Positions 25,292 through 38,800 of a stretch of 64,000 bases of DNA are shown one piece after another. The notes below the pieces were generated by a model, which did not search any database, was not told the origin of the DNA, and was given only the letters and a program-made list of their open reading frames with translations. The stretch comes from Eledone cirrhosa (taxonomy: Eukaryota): the NCBI GenBank assembly GCA_964016885.1, contig OZ024740.1, positions 266,104,001 through 266,168,000 of the forward strand. The letters are read 5' to 3'. How positions within the stretch are numbered: position 1 is the first letter of the stretch; every line of letters starts with the position of its first letter. The position numbers and the translations under genes are program-made.

Positions 25292-25762
25292 ATGATGGCT
25301 GTCCCCTCTTTATCGAGTATGGCCATTGCACGATATACCATTATTAATAATTATTAATTAATTCTGTCGTGCAATGCCTGTGCGTGAAGATATTTTTTAA
25401 AGTGAGGAAAGACTGTGCACTGAGCCAATCCCACTCTCTGAGCGACAGTAGCTATAACCCGAAAAGAAGAAAAGATCAACATCATCGGTAACTACTGAGC
25501 CGCAGGTTTTATATCGGAGTTATCCCAGTTTCCTGAGTTGCCTTCTCCTAGAAGAATGTCCCTGACAAAGGCTAGGGGTCCTTCACTCCCAGTGGTTTAA
25601 CCGCGCGATCGGGTATCCAGCCCGACTATTTCTATGTCCCCGTGCATATACATACACATGCACCCATGTATATACACCTATACATATACATACATTTGTA
25701 CATGTGTATATACATATTTACACACGTGTGGATGGCCGTTGACTCTTATGAGTTCTTCCGCC
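25292..25762 (-). mobile_element. Non-autonomous RTE-derived element
   Basis: Reverse complement of 105-635, with a microsatellite at the same internal position. Confidence 0.85.
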
Positions 25763-27303
25763 ATACATACATACATACATACATACATACATACATACAT
25801 ACATACATACATACATACATACATACATACATGGAACGAATACTGAGTGATTCAGAAAAGGGGCGTATATGGAAGCAAATATAAAAGGATACGGATATAT
25901 TTGCGTGTATGTAAGCGTAACTATGTACATGTCACTGTGTGTATGTAATTGTGAATGTGTGTACATGCCTATGTGCGTGTGTATGTTTATGCTTGTCCAC
26001 GCGCGCGTGCGCACGTATGTGTGTGTGTGCAAGCAAATGAAAACAGGTGGACTGATATTAATTATTCGTAATCTGTTAATGAATTGAATTCCAGAATTGG
26101 AATTATCATCCATGTGCCACAAATGTCCTTGTGGCATTCTTGCTACTTCAGCTGGCTAGCTATGGCACTAAAGTCTCTCGTTGCTTTTATGTGACAATAC
26201 CAACACATGTAAACTAACTACCATAGCCGTCACTTGCAATCGTGTATAACTTGGTAGTAAATACCATGCGTTCACTAAGGGTTTAGGTGTCCATGCACTT
26301 ACGCGCAGACAGAGACATCTTCTCAGCCCTTCCTCCTTTGATTTAGCAAAAATGAGTAAATCCTACGCCGTTACTGGGCTGATACTTTTCTTTATCAGCT
26401 TGGAAAGAATGAAAGACAAAGTATATACAGTAGGAACATATGAAATTTTTCAACTTTTTTATACTTTTGTGGCAGACAGTTCTTCACTTTCTACAGAGAG
26501 CAGTTAGGGTTTTTAAAGAAGTAAAAGATATGTTCACAGATTTAATCTTTCACTTCAGTTTGTCTTTATATCTGAGTAATGGTCTACCTACATTACGTAC
26601 ACCATCATGAAGCTGAGTGTATAACAGTACCTTTAGTGCGCGGTCGGCAGACATCCGTATGACTTGACCAGCTCATCTAAGTTGGGAATTGCATCAGACA
26701 TGTCTCAATTCCACTAATGTTGCACCTCAGGAACTGATCGAAACTGGGGACTCTGTCAGAAAGTGCATAAACAGAGATAGGATGAAGACAATGTTTGTGG
26801 AAGATATCAAGCTTATAAATGTGGGCGCGATGTGGGTCCATGACTCCAAACCGTATAAAGGTATTGTCTGTGCCACTGCAAAATAAACTGCAACTATATA
26901 CGACAGGCTTCTGCAATTTCCGACTATGGAATTCTACTCACAAGGCATTTATCAACATGGTGCTATAGTAGAAAACACTTACACAAAATTCCATACAGTG
27001 GGAGTGAACCTGAAATCAAATAGACAGGAAGCGAACTCCTTAACCACACAACCACGTCTGTCTCTGTACGTAGAGATTTACTAGGTTTGTCTTAAATTAT
27101 TGTTTGCCTTTATAGTTTCATCGTTCAAATACACATATATTTAGAAAATGGTCTAACGATGATAAATCGTTTATCATATAAATACACGAACATCTTCACG
27201 CAAATGTTTAGATGACACTTTGCATAGATAAGCACATGTTCGTTGAAATATACAGACTTTTATGCTTGTGAATGTGGGTATGTGTATCAAAAATGCATGA
27301 GTC

Positions 27304-27463
<160 letters not shown>

Positions 27464-27526
27464 GAGAACCGTTGAAATAATTATTATGAATAAACGATTT
27501 ATGTAACATCAGCATCCCTTTTAATG

Positions 27527-27589
<63 letters not shown>

Positions 27590-27591
27590 AG

Positions 27592-28598
27592 TAACATTAA
27601 AAAGGATGCTGATGTTACATAAATCGTTTATTCATAATAATTATTTCAACGGTTCTCCCATGCAATCCAAGATGTAATTCATGCATTTGTTGTTGTTATG
27701 AGAACGGTATCTTCAGATGAAATTCGATTTTGTGATATGCGACAGATAAAAAAAACGCGTTATAAGTTCCTAAAAGGTCTTTCACAGCCGTCGTGTCTTC
27801 ATTTTCTTGAGTGAAGTGTTGAAGTGCTATCTATGTGTCAATTAGCGAATATGTACTCGTGTACCCCCCATAGAATTAGGGTCATGAATTCCAAAGGATA
27901 ACCCTTCAAGCGTGTTTTGTTGACCTGCACCAAACAATAGTCTATGCGTAGCTAGATTTCAAAAGATAGTGGAAGCAATAAACGGAACTCTGAGTGAGGA
28001 CGATATAGACAGTTTGATGACAGCTAAATTGAAGACAACCGCAACAACACCACCACCAACAACAACGTCAACAACACCGACCACATCACCTACACTGGCC
28101 GTTGTAATAGCATTGATAGTAATACCCTGTTAATGGCATCAACTATATCTCTACCCCTAACTGTCTATATCGCCTTTCCTCGGAGTTTCGTTTATTGCTT
28201 CTACTATCTGTTGAAATCTAGCTACGCATAGACTATTGTTTGGTGTAGGTCAACAAAACACACTTGAAGGGTTATCCTATGGAATTTATGACCCTAATTC
28301 TGTGGGGGATACGTGAGTACATATTCGCTAATTTACACGTAGATAGCACTTCAGCACTTCACTCCAGAAAATGAAAACACGACGGCTGGGAAAAACCCTT
28401 TAGGAACTTCGGGCGCACGAACAGAAGGACGCGTTTTTTCTGCCTGCGGCATATCACAAAACCGATTTTTATCTGAAGATACCGTTCTAATAGCAACAAC
28501 AAACGCATGAATTACATCTTGGATTGCATGAGAGAACCGTTGAAATAATTATTATGAATAAAATATTTATGTAACATCAGTTTTTTTCTTAATGTTAT
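27592..28598. repeat. Fold-back PLE 3'UTR, about 410-bp diverged arms, long-stem hammerhead
   Basis: 27592-28008 is inverted relative to about 28165-28598; CTGAAGA at 28473 and GAAA at 28542. Confidence 0.8.
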
Positions 28599-28698
28599 GT
28601 TTATACTGAATCTCCATCGTAACTACAAACTACGAATGTAGCGAGTTTCACAGCTGATACATAAATGTAAGTATGCATACGTACACTCATATATATAT

Positions 28699-28762
<64 letters not shown>

Positions 28763-28779
28763 ATACATATACATATGTA

Positions 28780-28950
28780 CGTATGGGTTATATCGAATAT
28801 TAATAATAATATTCGATTCGTTTGAAAACAATCGACCCCATTGTTGAACAAACGGATAACGATTTGTCATCGGCACGGCACAGCTTTAATCGGGCCATTT
28901 GTTTACAAACGAATCGAATATTAATAATAATATTCGATATGACCCATACG
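28780..28950. mobile_element. MITE with about 55-bp TIRs and TA flanks
   Basis: TA|CGTATGGGTTATATCGAATATT ... AATATTCGATATGACCCATACG|TA. Confidence 0.6.
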
Positions 28951-30224
28951 TATATATGTATATATATATATATGTGTGAGTGTGTGTGTGTCTGTGTGTC
29001 TATAATTCTTTTTACCTTTATAATATATATGACTCTATGTAACTCGCCTCAACTCTGACATTTATCACAGATTTTTCCTTCAATTTTTTTTCCTGCATTT
29101 CCTCTCATTCATTCCCCCTATAATTCTTTTTTACCTTTATATATATATATAATATTCCTTTATTCTCTTTATAATCCCATTTTTCCCATTCATCCTTACT
29201 CATTTGTACCTTTCCTTACATTTTTCCTTAAATCATCAATGTATTATTTGTCTCCACCGGATTGACCGGATACCAACTACTTGGTTATTTAATGTTTACA
29301 TTCGTTACATTAGATACTTTAAATATTGCCTGTCATTCTCGACAAGGGGCCAGTTTTTTCCATGGGGAGTCATAACAAATTAATATCCAGCTCTTTACCC
29401 AATCCCTAGTACGAATATACACTTTGCCAGTTAGATATTATTCTTAGACTGTTGTCTAGTTTTCCGGACTTCTAACTATTAACTCTGAACGTCTAAATTT
29501 CAATTTTTTTTTTTTTTTTTTTTTTTTTACTTTCGGGTTGTGAAACCTTTAATGATAAGTTATATTAACCATATAAGTAGGTAACTTTCTCAATTTGGCT
29601 TTGATGGTCTGTATATTATCCCGCCACAAATGGGTAGCGGGTACGAATGCACTAAATTCTGCTGGCCACCAAATCTAGCAGTAAATAAATTTTGGTTGTT
29701 CTGAACTCACATTGACCATATCGAGTTGTCGGCCAAGGTGACAGGGGACTGGTAGCTAGAGAGAACAAATAAGGTTGGTGGTATTCTCGGTTGTAGTTGA
29801 GTGGTCAGCCACCCACACCCTTGTGACAAAGCAGGGCTGTCGGGATGTTCTGATAGTTAGAAGGGAACGGACACTCAAGACAAAAACATACACATTTTGT
29901 TAGTCCGCTCTCTTCCACCCAAAACTGGCTCGGAAATGTTGCCTTTTAATCAATTTTTGCTGCCTGAAAAAATCACGATATCTATCGTCATTGAAATATG
30001 TATAAAGGCTCAATTAATAAAGGGCCCTAACATATTCAACTTCACATTTCCTCTTTATTAATATACTCCGTCATCCTTGTTTTTAGGAAGTAATATGACG
30101 TTGAGTGCTAAGTGTTTATTAAAGGGTGGGTTTTTCTTGGGTTTAAAGACAAGGTCGAAATTATATTTTGAATTATTCTTTTCATCAGTTGATTTTCTTT
30201 CGAAGTTAAAACTAATGATAAACT

Positions 30225-30560
30225 GTATAATTACATAGGGGCGACTTCATCAAAATTTAAAGAACGTTAGTATAACCATAAACATACATTTAAACGAATA
30301 GATAAGAAATTCTCAACTTCCCTATCGCAATTAATTTGGTCTTTAAAAAACAAAAACATTGATTATTCAATATCTTGGAAAACACTTCAAAGCGCAACAC
30401 CTTACCAAAATTCCCCTATTTTGAAAATATGTCATCTCTGTAACAAAGGAATCCTTCATGTTATTACTAACGCAGAATCTATTATTAATAATAAAAAAAT
30501 GGGATTTTTAGCTCTTGCTTACACAGAACCTCTAAATCTTTTCATAAGCTTCATGGTTAA
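30225..30560 (+). pseudogene. Naiad-like GIY-YIG fragment (3'UTR runs to about 32790, split by a Helitron)
   Basis: NYIGATSSKFKER*YNHKH..STSLSQLIWSLK..ISW..CHLC. Confidence 0.8.
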
Positions 30561-30721
30561 ATTATTAGGTATCTGTATTATATATATTATTCACTTATTT
30601 ACCATATAAATAACAATATACAAATATAATTATAGGTTCCACTAGATATAAACATATATGTATTCATTCAAAATAACAAATACCTTTATCTAAATCACTT
30701 TTAGAATACGATTTTACGTAA

Positions 30722-32171
30722 TCTCTATATATATAAAACGGTAGATGTCTGTCTGTGTGAGTGTATGATTTTTATGCATTTCCACATTTCTCTACCGATT
30801 TTGATGAATTCTTTTCCAATGTGCTCCAAATTTAGCAGGGCAGGTCAACGTGTAATTATTTTTGCCAAAGGTTTCCTGCTTCTATGAAGAAAAGTCGATA
30901 AAACTAAATACATGCTGTAACCCTCTCTCTTACACGCTTCATTCCTCTCACTACTACCATCAAAATATATGAAACTACATATATGTTGCAACTCTCTTTA
31001 AAAGGTTCATCTTTTCCTCTACTCCACTCTCAATCTGCTCTGCAACTCTCTTTAAAAGGTTCATCACTCTCTCTACTCCTCCCTCAATCTCCTCTGCAAC
31101 TCTCTTTAAAAGGTTACTGCCTCCGTCTACTACCCTTTACAGTTTAGAACAACGACAAAACTTCTTTTGAAGGAACGCGACACAAACTTTGAAACCTAAG
31201 CAACAAACAGTCATAACGGCACTCATACATCAAATATCAAAATTTAAAAAGCTGATAACACTTTAATACATACTGCTCTCTCTCAACGTTACATTTTCCA
31301 CACTTACATTTTACATCAAATAACAAATATTCAAAAGCAACAGATGAATTTAAAAAACAACAAACGTAACAATACCGACCTCTCTATAATTTAACTGGTT
31401 TACTCTCTCTGTCGCTCTTCACTCCCTTTATGACAACACTGCAGAGAGAGAAACAATGTATATGATCAAATGGAGCGTTTCGTATATTCCCCCTCTCTAT
31501 AATTTAACTGCTTTACTCTCTCTGTCGCTCTTCACTCACTATATGACAACACTGCATACGGCTTATCTGGGGCATTTTCAATCGGCTTATTGCAAATAAC
31601 AACCCGCAAAATAACACTTCATATAACAGATTAATGCTATAGACATATGAATCGTAATGTAACCCGTGAACTTTTTCCTGGACAAAATTATTCGAACAGA
31701 CATGACCTCATTGCCAGAGTGTTCAGACTGAAACTAGCTAATCTCCCATGGCCAACTTTATGTTGCCTGTTCCCGAGTAGGGAACAGGAATGGACTTTAT
31801 GCTTACACTCCTCAAGGGATGACATGCAATATCATCTACAAAGAGGTGCTATAGATGTTGGTGCAGGCGTTGGAGGTGTTGGAGCTATGCCGTCTAGAAA
31901 ACTGGTAGGGTCACCCATAGCGGACAGATCTGGTACCCAGCGGCACCAGGGCCACCATCTTGCAACTTTGGTCTACTAAATTCGGTATTGGAAGATTATT
32001 AACCCATCATTGATTGTCCAAAATGCTGATTGGTTCGTAACTATTAATAACCGGTTCAACTGCTTTATGCACTTAATTGATAAGCTTTATGCGCTTTCAA
32101 GCTACGTTTACCTGTATGTAACTTTTCATAGCAAATGAACAAACCCGAGCAACGCCGGGCTAAACTGCTAG
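30722..32171 (+). mobile_element. Non-autonomous Helitron
   Basis: A|TC...CTAG|T ends, subterminal hairpin CCCGAGCAACGCCGGG, Rep remnant ELFPGQ..RHDLIARVFRLKL, internal tandem duplications. Confidence 0.9.
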
Positions 32172-32877
32172 TTCTTTATAAAACGTTATAACTAATAAGA
32201 GTTATTTCCCTGTCGTTGTTTATTTATGCAAATTAAATATTGATAAATCTTTCATACATTCATTCTTAAAATTAGTTATATACATGACTATATATCCATA
32301 TATTTAACCATATATACCTATATGCTATAATATACTACCCTACAACAATTTTTTTATATAACCAATATAAATATTTTTCCTAACTTTAAAATATAAGATG
32401 TGCGTCTGTGTATATATATGTTAATCTACATATCCGTATATACGCGAATATTTCTACGCTTATATATATTTGTGCATATATATATCCACTAATTAATACA
32501 GCCGCCTCATGACCGCTATTTTTCAAAATGTTCAAGCGTCTATGATAACTGTCTTTTTATGTTTAATATATCCCTATTAAGTTATATTCTACAAAATTTT
32601 GAGATTCTATTTCACATATCTATTGTAAGCTGACCGTGGAGGTTTATACTTTGCGTATGTTACTATCTTATACATCAAATATTGTATTTTAACTTATGAA
32701 AGCATACTATAATTTGGTATCCTTGAAATATGTATAATGAAATAAATATGATGCTATAGTGATATTTTCCATGTATTACTATTGTTAATATATATATATG
32801 TATATCCCTGGTTCAATCGGGGGGTAAGTAAGGTACTCAATACATAGCAGAGTATAAATATTTAATATAGAAATGGT

Positions 32878-32970
32878 TTCTACAGGACTAGAAGAGTTTC
32901 ATTCGAAGGAAATCATCAGAAAGCTTTCCTGATGATTTCCTCCGAATGAAACAATTCTAGCCTTGTAGAA
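32878..32970. repeat. Mini fold-back of two back-to-back hammerhead motifs
   Basis: Minus core 32897-32919 and plus core 32929-32951; same family as 57101-57238. Confidence 0.75.
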
Positions 32971-33017
<47 letters not shown>

Positions 33018-33102
33018 CAAGAAAGTAAGTGTTGGTAAAATCCAGTACTTCAGTATGCAGATAGGGAGCACTCAACGAAGATATAGGTTCCGGAGTTATA
33101 AT

Positions 33103-33418
33103 TATTTCTACTTTTGGCACAAGGCCAGCAATTACCCAGTACATTACTGGTACTTTATTTTATCGACCCCATAAGGATGAAAGGCAAAGTTAACCTCGGT
33201 GGGATTTGAACTCAAGAGTTCCGGAGTTATAATTGTTTCTACTTTAGGCACAAGGCCAGCAATTACCCAGTGCATTACTGGTACTTTATTTTATCGACCC
33301 CGTAAGGATGAAAGGCAAAGTCAACCTCGGCGGTATTTGAACTCAGATCGTAAAGGGACGTAACTATAATGGAAAGCATGGCGTCCGACCCTCTACCGAT
33401 ACTGCCAATCCACCTCCC
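33103..33418 (-). mobile_element. Two tandem SINE family A copies
   Basis: 33103-33218 (5'-truncated) and 33234-33418, delimited by three copies of TTCCGGAGTTATAAT. Confidence 0.9.
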
Positions 33419-33504
33419 TTCCGGAGTTATAATAGTGACGAAACATAAGTCAATTGCATGAACTCATAATCCTTTATTTACTGATATATTTACATATATA
33501 TATT

Positions 33505-33556
<52 letters not shown>

Positions 33557-33579
33557 CTCTCTATATATATATATATTTT

Positions 33580-35177
33580 TTCCATTTCTGAATTTGTTTA
33601 CCAAGATTCTTTATCTGAAAACGTGTGTTGAAACCGATATTGTTATGTTTTGGGAGGGTCATGTTTTTGCCAATAAGAAACACACGCACCAGTTGCTTTC
33701 ACTTCAATTTATTATAAATTAAATTTATAAATTTAGGAATTTATAAATTTCTGGTTGGTTGGTTCCACAATACCATGACTTTATTCTATTAACCTTATTC
33801 CTAGTTCTTTCTATTCTATTCCAAAGTTTTCTCCTATACAAGGGGCAGGTCCCATTTGTATCATTATTTAAATCCTCCATTCCCATTATGCCAAACCCAT
33901 GACTTACAAATATCTGATCCACCGAAACTCAGCTCTTTCGGACCATACCAAAATCAACATACTGATTGCGGATTTGGTACGGGTGATGAGAAACGTATCC
34001 CGCATGTGCAACCCAAAGAACTAGAGAGACACATACAACACTTCATCCACCGTATGCAGTTCTCTGGTTACAATCAGAGAGATAAAATCAGAGTATATAG
34101 AGGAGCCAGAACCAAATGGGAAAAAATGGTAAATAATGATACAAATGGGACCTGCCCCTTGTATAGGAGCAAATTTTGGAATAGAATAGAAAGAACTAGG
34201 AATAAGGTTAATAGAATAAACTCATGGTATGATAGCAATAAATACCAAAGTGTAATGTTCATCGATACAACCCCTAGAGTTGAATTAGCTTACAAATTTA
34301 GAAGGGCTCTAGATAAACATAAACTCAATATTAAGATAGTAGAAAGACCAGGTACCTCCATAAAAACACTTATTAGCAATACATACCGTTTTCAAAGACC
34401 TCCCAGTGTAGATAAGAAATGTATAATCTGTAAACTAAGCCCCCATATTAACTGTAAAACTAGAAATGTAGTATATAGCATAAAATGTACTGAAGGACAA
34501 TGTAGAGATAAGAATATAGTGTACATAGGTGAGACAGCTTGTATTATAGGGGAACGGATAAATGAACACTGGCGAGAGATTCAAGATAATAAAGAATCAT
34601 CTGTACTCCACCAACATGCTAAAATAGAACATAAGGGTAAATTAGAGAACATAGAAATAAAAATAGAATCTACACACAGAAAAGACGCAATGTTTAGACA
34701 AATCACAGAGGCAATAAGCATAAATAAACTCCAACCAAAATTAAATAGAAAACATGAATGGAACAGCAACATCACAACTTACAATTAAGGGCAAAATGAA
34801 AACACACACACACATAGAACAAACAACCAACCAGTAACATGTAAATAAACAAATAAATAAACAAATATAAACACCCACAACCACCCGGATGTAACACATG
34901 CGCAAACTAAGCACACAACACACACAAAAACAAGATGGCGTAGGACAGAACAAAGGAGAGGCACAAAACAAAGAAAAGAATCCCCAGTCACTGAAGAGGT
35001 CACAGAATGTATGACGAAAGAACTTTGACAATATATGAACAATCGTCTGGTTGTAGAACCAACCAACCAACCGGAAATTTATAAATTCCTAAATTTATAA
35101 ATTTAATTTATAATAAATTGAAGTGAAAGCAACTGGTGCGTGTGTTTCTTATTGGCAACAAGACCCTCCCAAGGCAT

Positions 35178-35182
<5 letters not shown>
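33580..35182 (+). mobile_element. Penelope-like element (RT thumb plus GIY-YIG) with inverted composite 5' arm
   Basis: HYAKPM..IHRNSA (frameshifted), RMQFSGY, CIIC..C..RNVVY..YIGET..ER..EH; hammerhead 34991-35019; clade not assigned. Confidence 0.9.
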
Positions 35183-35217
<35 letters not shown>

Positions 35218-35566
35218 CGAAGGAAATGTGGTAAGGAACCAGGTGGACCATAACGCACCAAAGTACTCAATACTTGAGGTAGTAGAGTGGGTAATAGGAA
35301 CCAGTAAGACCCCGACAGCTGAGCTCATGCCGTTTCGACGGCTAATTATATATATATACACTTATATACATATACATATATATATATATATACATATATA
35401 TAGAGAGGATAACAAGATATCGTTATAGGTAATCCGATTAGAGGCTGTGAATACTTCTTATCGAGGATAGTTTAAGCGTACGGCGTTGTATGACTCAACA
35501 AGAGGTTTACGTGGATGACGAGTTTATGACTTCACTTGTATTCCTATATAAGTATATCTTGGAGTA

Positions 35567-35731
35567 ATAAAATTGAAAAATTGAAAAATAACATGGTCAA
35601 CAGAGTTGTCTAAAAATTGCTAGTGTTTAGCAATTTTTAGACAACTCTATCATTGAAACAATTTTTAGACTGTAAATAAATTTCCTTGTTTGTACTGTTG
35701 ATCATGTTATTGTTCACTTTTTCAATTTTAT
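35567..35731. repeat. Nested fold-back: outer arms about 35 bp, inner hairpin 35603-35648
   Basis: ataaaattgaaaaa..ggtcaacag / ctgttgatc..ttcaattttat; inner agagttgtctaaaaattgcta..tagcaatttttagacaactct. Confidence 0.7.
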
Positions 35732-35806
35732 ATATATATATTCTAAGGCGGGTAAAATTCCTGAGATACATGGACGAGTTCTCTCCTGCGGTCTCTGTCC
35801 CTCATT

Positions 35807-38800
35807 ATCAAAAGATGGTTAAAAGAGTTCCATGTATTTTATTATGCGCATTTCAAAAACAAATATCATTATGGGATGATATTTGCGTTCTCATCAGATA
35901 AAATAGGGAGACATGATATGAAGCTTAAAAAACACTTGCAAGCAGTGAAGTGTTAAATCAACATATTAAAAATAAGATGGATATATGAGATTGGGAAAAA
36001 AGGAAAGGAAGGGGGAAGGAAAGGGCAAGGAAGAGGAAGAAAGAATATAATAAGAAAACATATATAATAATAAGGAAAGGATGACGGAGGAGGAGTATAA
36101 GAAGGAAGGATGAGAGAGGAGGAGAAAATGAGTGAGAGAGAGAGATAACCTTTAATACTGAGAAACACTGTCTCACAGAAATAAAAAAAAAACGTTGTAA
36201 GATAATACATAATTTTAAAAAAAAATTAAGAAATTAAAAGTTAATGAGGTTTATGAATGGTGATGCTTATGATTAAAGAAAAAGGAATTAAGAATACTAT
36301 TTATTTAAGGTTTATATATTGAAGGGTTTAATAATATGTGCGAAAAGGAATTTATTAAAATGTATTATTAAAATAAAATATATTAAGAAGATAAGGTGAA
36401 TGAAGATAAGGTTAAATGAATTATGAACTTAGAGGAATTAATTAGGGTCCAAGTTTGTTTCTATATATTGTAATAGGAAAAATAAATAATAGGTATAATA
36501 CGAGCACGGAAGGAGAGAAGAAAGAAGAAATTTTAAGGTAGAAAAATATATAACGTCAAAAAAAGATATGTTTACAAAATTTCACTAATGGTAATATTAG
36601 TATATATTAGAAATATAAATGTGTATGGCCGAGAATATAAGGAAAATGATATAGTGAGTTATAATATGAATTAAGAAGTAATTGAGAAGCAAAAGTTGCA
36701 GATTAAAGATTAGAAATTAAAAAAGAAGAAAAATAAGAAAAATAGGGGACCGCTAACGACATAGTATGAGTAATATTGTATAATATACTGAAATAAGGTA
36801 GAAAGATGGGTATATTTGTCAAAAATATAAAAGCGTTTGGGAAAAGAAGATTTTAAACTAATTAAGTAGTAAGATATTAGCTGTATACTTTATGGAAAGT
36901 TCTATGGGATTTATGCAAGCAGAGCGAAAATAAATCCGTACGTCTATTTATTATAGAATTACAATTGGAGATAATGGTAAATTAAGGGGACCGCTACCGA
37001 CATAGTATGAGTAATATTGTATAATATACTGAAATAAGCTAGAAAGATGGGTATATTTGTAAAAAATATGAAAGCGTTTGAGAAAAGATTTTAAACTAAT
37101 TAGGTAGTAAGATATTAGCCGTATACTTTATGGAAAGTTCTATGAGATTTATGCAAGCAGAGCGAAAATAAATCCGTACGTCTATTTATTATAGAATTAA
37201 AATTAGAGATTACCATTATCTCTAATTTATATATACACTAGCAGAGGTACCCGGCGTTGCTCGGATATTAATTAGCAGTTCTGAATACCATTTATGTCAA
37301 TACTTCAGTGCTGCTTCGAAAACTATACTTTTACAAAATCATCCGCTTTTTCCAAAAGGGGGTTCCTGCCCCCCAGGGGTCTCCTACCCAACATTGCCAA
37401 TTCTGAGAGTTAACATTCATTTGTAGGACAAACGTAGCCCATGTGTCAAGTTTTGTGAAAATCGGTTGCGAACTCCAGAAGTTATGACGTTTTGTTGCAT
37501 TGCACTGCAGTGCTTCAGTCGACTCCAAGGAAGTGGTTAAAGTGGTTAAAGGGGTTATCTGCCGGGGAGCCCTATAATCAATATCTGGAAAAATGACAGT
37601 GCCCATGACCATCCCGAGTACATAAGTAACCTGTGTCTTAAGTTTGGTGAAAATACTGTAGAAATGCATAAGATTTATACATACGCGCGTGCGTACGTGT
37701 GTGTGTTTGTGTGTTTGTGGGTGTGTATGTATTTGTGTGTGCGTATGTATGTGTATGTCCGTCGGGGCGTACGTATGTACTGGCCTAAATCTTCACTATT
37801 TACTTTTACTATTTTAATAACCTTTGACATTTTCGTTTACAATTTTATTTACATCGTTCTTAAACTCCGGGGCTGGAAATCATTCTGTTATTTTAAATAG
37901 AATATTAGTCTAACGACTCCATTCATACCATAAACTTGGTCTTGTCTTTGCATGAAATTGTTCTTCACGCTCCACATAACGACGTATTATCCTCGCTTTT
38001 TTCCCGTTCATTACCAGGGAACGTCTTCACGAACCAAAATATCGTCTTCCTGTTTTCGTTCGGTTGCAACGTTTCCCGAAATATTTACTTCTGCGTTAAC
38101 AGATTACTCTCAGTTCAATTTGAATGGGAAATTCCTGTTTCATCGATCTTCTCCGTAACCATGGAATCTTGTAGTAGCCAAAAGTTTAACAGCGAAATAA
38201 CGTTGTCTTTGATATGTTATTTTAAATAAGACAATGATTTGAAAAATACTACTTACTGTTAGTGGTGGTTAACATGTATTAGAAATAAAATGAAAATGAT
38301 ATCTGAAAAAACGTACTTGAGAACATGACTCCCTTCTTCGCAATTTAAGGGCTTTATTTCTTTTGATGGAAAACAGTGACTGTTTTCGGTTTGGCATTTC
38401 GTAAAATGGTACCGCAGAATTGATTTCATAAAACGGTACTGTATGATAGTTTACACTTTGATTGCCCTGGTCAGCAAGAGGGGTCTCTATATATTAGATA
38501 TTTATTAGAAGAGGGGGAAATAACTAACCCCAGTATTAGAACAGGGGGTTTGCAATGTAAGGGTTTTATTTCTTTTGTTAGAAAACAGTTACCTTTTTCG
38601 TTTTGGCATTTCGTAAAACTCTACTGCAGAATCGATTTCATAAAACAGTACTGTATGATCGTTATAGAATTATTTAAATTTAATATAGAGCAATTGTATT
38701 TTAAAAATGAAAATGAAACGTACTGTAGTAGCTAAAAGTTTATTAACAGCGAAATAACGTTGTCTTTGATATGTTATTTTAAATAAGACAATGAATCGAA

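Noticed and set aside
30985-31560. Repeats inside Helitrons (also 59200-59490 and 38170-38990) as a CRISPR-like array
   Set aside because: Head-to-tail duplications without unique spacers, in eukaryotic transposon context.
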